Assembly: GCA_964291235.2 (NCBI GenBank)
Contig: OZ219816.1
Span: 512,001 to 576,000 of the forward strand
Direction of reading: 5' to 3'
Length of the DNA stretch: 64,000 nucleotides
From: Vicinamibacteria bacterium
GTDB lineage: Bacteria; Acidobacteriota; Vicinamibacteria; Marinacidobacterales; Marinacidobacteraceae
Position 1 is the first letter of the stretch. The number at the start of each line of letters is the position of its first letter. Position numbers and translations under genes: made by a program. Shown here in pieces: positions 58,210-64,000 of the stretch. The notes beneath the pieces were generated by a model. That model searched no databases. It saw only the letters and a list, made by a program, of their open reading frames with translations, and was not told the origin of the DNA.

Positions 58210-61083
58210 TTAGAACTGGTAGCGCGCGCCGAGCTTGAAGGTGCGTGGCTCCAGGAAACCGATGACCCGGTTGTACGCGGAACCGGCGCGGATGATCTGG
58301 TTCAGGACCGGGTTGGAGTTCGTGACGTTGTAGGCGTCGAAGAACAACGACAGCTTGTCGCGATCCCAGAAGGACAGGTCCTTCTCGGCGCGGATGTCGA
58401 GGATGAGCACGTTGTCCGACCGCTCCGTCATGTCGGAAAGAGGGACCTGGTTCGTTCCCGCGGCGCCCGGAATCGAGACCGGCAGGATGGGTGCGTAGGC
58501 CCAGCCGCTCTGCGCCCGGTACTGGAAGGAGAGCGCCGCCCCGATATTGGGGATCTGGTAGCGGCCGATCGCCTTGAGGTTCCAGTTGGTGTGTTGCTGC
58601 TTGGTGCTCACGGCGGAGTTCCAGTTCAACCCGCTGCCCTGGATGCCGAGCGTCCAGGGGTCCGCCTGCGTGTCGGCGCTACCGCTGCTGCCGCAGCAGA
58701 CGAGCTCGTTCCGCCACTGGTAGTGGAAGCTGCCCTGCAGGAACAGCCCGCTGCGGAAGCGGCGACTGAGTCCCATCTCGATGTTGTCGTAGTCGTTCGA
58801 ATCGAGGCCCGCCGGACCGGCCTTGATCTGGTTGGCGGTCCCGGTGCCCTCCGGCGGCCGGGACAAGCTGGTCACCGACTGGCCGTTGATCGGGTTGACG
58901 GGGCAGGGGAAGATGCTGTCGCCGCAAAGGATCGCGTTGTTCAGCAGCGCGTCGAGGAGATCCACCCGGTAGGTGTCGAAGACATTCCGGTCCATCTTGC
59001 GCACAAAGGAAAGGCGCAGGCTGGTCTCCGGCATGATCTCGCTCTCGAGAGAGGCGGTGATCTCGTCGTAGTAGCGCTTCTTGCTGAAGTCTGTCGGGAC
59101 GCCGCCCTCGACCCGCCCCACGGGCAGTCCGGTGCCGGACGACTGACTCAGCAGATCTCCGAGTTCGTTCTGGCCGTCGTAGATCCCGTTCCCGTTAGGG
59201 TCTAGGAACTGGAAGATGACCTGCTGACGGGAGGCCGGGTTCGCGCTCTGGAAGCCGTCCGGGCCCACGTTGTGGGTATAACGGCTCGCCGAGGCCTTGA
59301 CGACCGTCCGCCCCTCGCCGGTCACGTCGTAGGTGACGGCGAAACGGGGGTAGAAATCGGTCCAGGTGAAGATGTCCTTTTCCGGAATGGAAACCCCGCT
59401 CAGGAAGAACTCGGGAAACGCGGGCGCAAGATCCGCCGAGTTGTAGTAGCCGAACTGGTGGGCGACGCGGACCCCGGCGGTGATCGTCACTCGTGGATTG
59501 AGCTGCCAGGTGTCCTGGGCGAAGAAGTGCAGGTTGGCGTCCCGGGTGTCTGACACGGCCGTCGGGGTGTTGACGAAGAGAATCTCCGAGGTCCCCATCG
59601 GATTGGTTGCCGAGACGAGGCTCGAACGGTCCCGGTACTGGATGGATCCCGAGGCGTCGTTCGAGAAAAAGAGCCGCGCGTCCTCCATGTAGTCCACCCC
59701 GAACTTGAGGTCATGGCTGCCGCCCGCGTCCGGGACGTAGTAGTTCAGGATGCCGACGAACTGCGGCCGCTCCTTGTCGTAGGTGAACGGCCACACGCCC
59801 GCTCCCGTACGCCGGGAGGTGTCCACGTCGAACCGTGGTGGGCTGGTGCCCGGGTCCACCGCCGGCACCATCGGCCAGGTGACCCCGTAGTACATGGCCT
59901 TGACGTTCGAGAAGGCCCGGTCGGACCAGACCCGCTGCCACTCGGCCTTGTGGACCCACGTCCAGGAATCCTGGGCAAGCCGCACGTCGGTGGAGTTCAA
60001 CGCGTTGATACCGCGGTTGGGCCGGTTCTTGAGCCCCCACTGGCTGTAGCCGATCAGCTCGTCCTTCTCGGAGAGGGCCATGTTGACCTTGGTGTAGTAG
60101 TTCCGAAGGACCGCCTCTTCCTGGATCACCTCGGGGTCGAGGCCGGAGATCGCCCGGTGGGTCAGGTTGTTGTTGTAGGCGAGGAAGAACCAGGCCTTGT
60201 CCCTCCATAGCGGGCCGCCCACGTCGGCGTGCGCCTCCCAGTAGGTGAGCATGTGGTTCGTGCCGGCGCCCCGGCCCTCGAGCTCGGAGGTCAGGTTGTC
60301 GCCCACGAAGCCTTCGCCGAGGAAGTCCCCGTAAAGCAGCGCCGAGACGTCGTTACCGCCCGTCTTGATGTCCATCACGATCGTGTTTCCGGCCCAGGCG
60401 TTTTCGACGTCGGCGCCGGCGTTCGAGATGTTGAACTGGTTGACGGTCAGGCTGTCCATGTAGAAGCCGAAACCGCCGGTGCTGAAGTTGGAATCCACGC
60501 CGTCAATGATGATGCGGTTCTGGTTCCGGAGCCCGAAGGCGTCGAACCCGGACTGCTGGGCCTTGTGGGAGCCCGCCACGTCGAAGCCGCGCATCCGGAT
60601 GCCCGGCGTGAGCGCCAGCATGGCGTGCGGATCGGTGGAGTTCGGAACCTCCAGGATCGCGGTGTCGTCGAAGGTGCCCCCGAAACGGCTGGACTTCACG
60701 TCCACCACCGGGGATTCGCCGGTAACGGTCACCGTCTCGGCGACCGCGGCCACGGAGAGCGTCTGGTTCACCGTAAACGTCTGACCGGTGACGACGGTCA
60801 CGTCTTCGCGAACCACCGTGCCGAACCCGCCCAGTTCGAAGGTCATGGTGTAGCTGCCCGCCGGCAGCCCCTGGAATCGGAAGGAGCCGTCCACGTCGGT
60901 AACCGCAACGCGGCTTCCGAGCAATGCGTCCGATTCGAGGGTCACGGTGACCCCCGGAAGGACGAGTCCCTGTTCGTCCTGGGCGGCTCCGTCGAGACGC
61001 CCGGCGGTGATCTGCGCCGCGAGCGACGCCGGAATCACCAGCAGTGCGGCGACCGTCAGCGATCGCAGCAGAATCCGTGTCAT
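58210..61083 (-). CDS. TonB-dependent receptor (Oar-like, carboxypeptidase-regulatory N-domain)
   Basis: Signal peptide, LPGVTVT, ETVTVTGESPVVD, GGPLWRDKAWFF, AQDTWQ, PRFAVTYD, terminal PRTFKLGARYQF. Confidence 0.9.
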   Translation of the reverse strand: MTRILLRSLTVAALLVIPASLAAQITAGRLDGAAQDEQGLVLPGVTVTLESDALLGSRVAVTDVDGSFRFQGLPAGSYTMTFELGGFGTVVREDVTVVTGQTFTVNQTLSVAAVAETVTVTGESPVVDVKSSRFGGTFDDTAILEVPNSTDPHAMLALTPGIRMRGFDVAGSHKAQQSGFDAFGLRNQNRIIIDGVDSNFSTGGFGFYMDSLTVNQFNISNAGADVENAWAGNTIVMDIKTGGNDVSALLYGDFLGEGFVGDNLTSELEGRGAGTNHMLTYWEAHADVGGPLWRDKAWFFLAYNNNLTHRAISGLDPEVIQEEAVLRNYYTKVNMALSEKDELIGYSQWGLKNRPNRGINALNSTDVRLAQDSWTWVHKAEWQRVWSDRAFSNVKAMYYGVTWPMVPAVDPGTSPPRFDVDTSRRTGAGVWPFTYDKERPQFVGILNYYVPDAGGSHDLKFGVDYMEDARLFFSNDASGSIQYRDRSSLVSATNPMGTSEILFVNTPTAVSDTRDANLHFFAQDTWQLNPRVTITAGVRVAHQFGYYNSADLAPAFPEFFLSGVSIPEKDIFTWTDFYPRFAVTYDVTGEGRTVVKASASRYTHNVGPDGFQSANPASRQQVIFQFLDPNGNGIYDGQNELGDLLSQSSGTGLPVGRVEGGVPTDFSKKRYYDEITASLESEIMPETSLRLSFVRKMDRNVFDTYRVDLLDALLNNAILCGDSIFPCPVNPINGQSVTSLSRPPEGTGTANQIKAGPAGLDSNDYDNIEMGLSRRFRSGLFLQGSFHYQWRNELVCCGSSGSADTQADPWTLGIQGSGLNWNSAVSTKQQHTNWNLKAIGRYQIPNIGAALSFQYRAQSGWAYAPILPVSIPGAAGTNQVPLSDMTERSDNVLILDIRAEKDLSFWDRDKLSLFFDAYNVTNSNPVLNQIIRAGSAYNRVIGFLEPRTFKLGARYQF

Positions 61084-61332
61084 GGGCAAGACCCTCCTTG
61101 ACGAGAGGCGATTTGGTTCGGGACTCTATGGGAGAACCCGAACCTAGGTTGAACCGCAAGTCCCGCACCAGCTTGCCTTGGCTGGAGTGATGGTCCAACT
61201 CATTGAAAAAACAGACTTTTCCTGTCAGCTTGACGATGTAAGGCTTCTTTTCTCCAAGAAGCCGAATTTCAATTCGGGTTCCCGTACCCGGATTGGCGGC
61301 GCCCGAGCGCGCGAACCCACATAATTCCCGCC

Positions 61333-62172
61333 ATGAGAGAGCGCAGCGCGTCCCTCGAACTTCGAAGCCGTCTCGCTGTCGCTCGACGCATCGATCCGGA
61401 CGGTGAGATACGGGCGCGGGTCGGATTCTTGAGGGCCTATCTGGTCGCCAGCGGGCAACGGGCGTTGTGGCTCGCCGTCTCCGGTGGGGTGGACTCGGCG
61501 CTCACCGGGAAGCTGTGCTCGCTCGCGGTCGCCGCCGCCAACCGCGACGGTGGGGCCTATCGTTTCCTGGCGGTGCGGCTCCCCTTCGGAAGGCAGCGCG
61601 ACGCCGCCGACGCAAACCGGGTCCTGCATTGGATCGAACCCTCGGAAGCGGTGAGGGTGAACGTCGAAAAAGCCGTGCGGGCCCTTGAGTCATCGCTCCC
61701 CAGAGCCTCGCTGGCAGCGGCCTCGGAAGCCTCCCGGGACTACGCACGGGGGAACACCAAGGCCCGGATGCGGATGGCGGTGCAGTACCACCTCGCGAAT
61801 CTGGCCGGCGGATTGGTCGTGGGCACGGATCACTCGGCCGAGGCGCTGGTCGGATTCTTCACCAAGTACGGAGACGGGGGGGTGGATGTCTGCCCCCTGT
61901 TCGGCCTCAGCAAACGCCAGGTGCGCGAGCTGGCAAGCCATCTCGGAGCGCCGGAGAAGATCGTCAACAAGGTGCCGACCGCCGATCTCGAGGATTTGCG
62001 GCCGGGGCTCCCCGACGAAGACGCGCTGGGGATCTCCTACCAGCAGATCGACGACTATCTGGAGGGGCTTCCGATCCCCGTCGAAGTCGCGGATCGGATC
62101 GACGCGCTCTACCGCGCCACCGAGCACAAGCGGCGCTCTCCGGTGGTCCCGCTCGACACCTGGTGGAAATAA
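61333..62172 (+). CDS. nadE: NH3-dependent NAD+ synthetase
   Basis: SGGVDS, GNTKARMRM, VVGTDHSAE..GFFTKYGDG, KVPTADLE, TEHKR. Confidence 0.95.
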   Translation: MRERSASLELRSRLAVARRIDPDGEIRARVGFLRAYLVASGQRALWLAVSGGVDSALTGKLCSLAVAAANRDGGAYRFLAVRLPFGRQRDAADANRVLHWIEPSEAVRVNVEKAVRALESSLPRASLAAASEASRDYARGNTKARMRMAVQYHLANLAGGLVVGTDHSAEALVGFFTKYGDGGVDVCPLFGLSKRQVRELASHLGAPEKIVNKVPTADLEDLRPGLPDEDALGISYQQIDDYLEGLPIPVEVADRIDALYRATEHKRRSPVVPLDTWWK

Positions 62173-62207
62173 GCGACGGAGGCCCTTCCCCAGTTCACCG
62201 CACCAAT

Positions 62208-62440
62208 AGGAGCGCCGGCCTCGCACTGAGCGGCCCCGGGGGGGGGCCGCCGTGTGGATGTTGAGAGGGAGAGTCGTGGAGGCATCGGGGAAGGCCCCCT
62301 CCCGGGACCGCCCGGCGCTTCGCGCCGGGATCGCAACTCCCTTGCGCGCCGGGGGCGCGCGGCGGCGAGTTCCGATCCATCAGCGCCTTCTTCTTGTGAA
62401 AGGGGGGGCTGCCCCCCCTTTCACACTTTCCCCCCCGGAC
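62208..62440 (+). repeat. Structured ~230-bp repeat, intact copy 1
   Basis: Near-identical to 62462-62687. Hairpins include CCCGGCGCTTCGCGCCGGG and GTGAAAGGGGGGG-CTG-CCCCCCCTTTCAC. Confidence 0.95.
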
Positions 62441-62461
62441 CGAGGAGTAGGAGCGCCGGCC

Positions 62462-62687
62462 AGGAGCGCCGGCCTCGCACTGAGCGGCCCCGGGGGGGGC
62501 CGCCGTGTGGATGTTGAGAGGGAGAGTCGTGGAGGCATCGGGGAAGGCCCCCTCCCGGGACCGCCCGGCGCTTCGCGCCGGGATCGCAACTCCCTTGCGC
62601 GCCGGAGGCGCGCTGCGGCGAGTTCCGATCCATCAGCGCCTTTTTCTTGTGAAAGGGGGGGCAGCCCCCCTTTCACACTTTCCCCCC
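62462..62687 (+). repeat. Structured ~230-bp repeat, intact copy 2 (tandem, 254-bp period)
   Basis: Direct repeat of copy 1. AGGAGCGCCGGCC is duplicated at the junction (62449-62461 and 62462-62474). Confidence 0.95.
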
Positions 62688-62831
62688 GCGTGGGGTGGCG
62701 CACAGGCAAGGGAACGCCGATCTCCAGATCGGCACCCGCCCGCGCAGCGGGCGGAACCGCGCCTCGCTCCCCAGCCCCACAGCCCGCCGGCAAGGGAGCG
62801 CCGGCCGGCATCGCGGCCGCGGGCTCAGCTC

Positions 62832-63437
62832 TTACGCCTGCTGGAGCAGGTAGGTCCCCAAGCCCGCCGCGACCACGCGGTCGTTGTCCTCGACCACCTC
62901 GATGCGGCAGGAAACCAGGGTGCGCCCCTTGCGCACGACCTCGCCGATCGCCAGGAGATCGCCCTGGACGACGCCCAGGATGTTCACCTTGTATTCCACC
63001 AGGCGAATCCCCACGCCCGGGGCAACGGATGCCGCCGCCAGATGCCCGGCCGCGACGCAGAGCGTGCCGATCACGCCCCCCTCGAGCGGCCCGGGCTCGG
63101 TGTTTCGGGTTTCGCCCGGAAGATGGACCCGCGAGACGCCGTTGTCGGCGTAGTCCACCCGCAGCCCGGTCTGGCCGGCCAGGGGGGCACTGTCCAGTTC
63201 CTTCTGCAGGCGCCGGCGCAGCGTCATGCGTTCTCGTCCGTAACCACTGTCAGCCGGTTCGGCTTCGTTCAGGGCGACCGGCTCGAACTCCCGGACCGGA
63301 TCGGGTCCGCTGGTTGGAGCCGCTGCCTCGACTGCGCCGCGCCGGCGGGCATGAAAGGACTCGGAGGGCGTCCGCGTCGCCCGACGGGGAGAACTTTCCG
63401 CTGGCGGGGCGGGTGACGCGGTGCCGGAATCGCTCAC
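62832..63437 (-). CDS. PaaI-family hotdog-fold thioesterase (start uncertain, possibly ~63228)
   Basis: N..GPLEGGVIGTL..AAG, VEYKVNIL, GEVVRKGRTL. Confidence 0.75.
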   Translation of the reverse strand: MSDSGTASPAPPAESSPRRATRTPSESFHARRRGAVEAAAPTSGPDPVREFEPVALNEAEPADSGYGRERMTLRRRLQKELDSAPLAGQTGLRVDYADNGVSRVHLPGETRNTEPGPLEGGVIGTLCVAAGHLAAASVAPGVGIRLVEYKVNILGVVQGDLLAIGEVVRKGRTLVSCRIEVVEDNDRVVAAGLGTYLLQQA

Positions 63438-63637
63438 CGGATGCGTTCCTCTCGATGTGAGGTCCGAATCCTCGCGGTCTCCGAATCGGCAATGGCAACG
63501 CCGAGCGAGTCACGGGAACGGAATACAACCGGAAGCCGAAGCCGCCGACCGGCGACGAGTATCACCTAACCGGCCATGTTACCACCGGGATACCGTTCCG
63601 ACGCGTAACATTCCGGTTTCTCGACCGGGAAGAGTCC

Positions 63638-64000
63638 ATGAAGCAGAACACCAGCGCCGCGTTCGATGTCGTGGTCATCGGGAGTGGCCCGGGGGGCTAC
63701 GTAGCCGCCCTCAAGGCCCGGAGTGCGGGATTGCGGACGGCGATCGTGGAGAAGGACGCGCGTTTCGGCGGCACCTGCCTTCACGTCGGCTGCATTCCGA
63801 GCAAGGTGTTCCTGCACACCGCCGAACTCCTCGACGAAATCCGCTCAGCCGGCAAATTCGGAGTGAACGTCGCGGAACCGGCACTGGACTGGAAGGGACT
63901 CACCCGGCGCAGCCGCCGGGTGATCGCCAAACTGGCGGGCGGGGTGTCCCTCCTGCTGAAGCGTGCCGGGGTCGAGACCGTTCGGGGGTTCGGCAGGCTC
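63638..64000 (+). CDS. lpdA: Dihydrolipoyl dehydrogenase (5' part)
   Basis: Manual translation: FDVVVIGSGPGGYVAA...VEKD..GGTCLHVGCIPSK. Confidence 0.9.
   Translation, partial: MKQNTSAAFDVVVIGSGPGGYVAALKARSAGLRTAIVEKDARFGGTCLHVGCIPSKVFLHTAELLDEIRSAGKFGVNVAEPALDWKGLTRRSRRVIAKLAGGVSLLLKRAGVETVRGFGRL

Noticed and set aside
62208-62687. CRISPR array
   Set aside because: The units are ~230 bp with no unique spacers, and no cas genes are present.
267-63460. Many long ORF-track frames (e.g. 267..1742, 6679..8910, 27267..29165, 32601..35162, 37203..38969, 62252..63460)
   Set aside because: They are antisense or alternate-frame shadows of real genes or repeats in GC-rich DNA, with Arg/Pro/Gly-rich translations and no motifs.

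Overview
GC-rich bacterial chromosome segment. It is probably Acidobacteriota, inferred from the duplicated-FtsX (ADOP-type) permease and the TonB-dependent receptors with N-terminal carboxypeptidase-regulatory-like domains. Housekeeping genes lie only at the edges: rpsF-pth-rplY on the left, and a TonB receptor, nadE, a PaaI thioesterase and lpdA on the right. Everything between about 2011 and 57972 appears to be one ~56-kb composite integrative island. It is bounded by a 10-bp direct repeat (TGAAAGGGGG) that splits a copy of a ~230-bp structured chromosomal repeat, of which two intact copies lie at 62.2-62.7 kb, so the attachment site is a multicopy repeat rather than a tRNA. The island has three parts. 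(i) A decaying cargo region: IS3/IS30/IS21 relics, MmeI-like and AbiEii-like fragments, an ABC ATPase/ankyrin/permease cluster, a PemK/MazF toxin-antitoxin pair and a broken TonB receptor. (ii) A ~21-kb conjugation module: VirB2/3/4/5-like/6/8/9/10/11, a coupling protein, two ArdC paralogs (one lacking the catalytic motif), a RepB-type primase and AlpA, with no recognisable HUH relaxase. (iii) A right arm with six P4-type integrase copies or fragments, a second attL-like junction, and a cassette flanked by inverted oriT-like repeats. That cassette encodes two paralogous secreted peptides with mirror-symmetric cysteine spacing (10-14-loop-14-10), a membrane protein and a sigma-70 factor. All calls come from reading the sequence and remembered family motifs; no searches were run.
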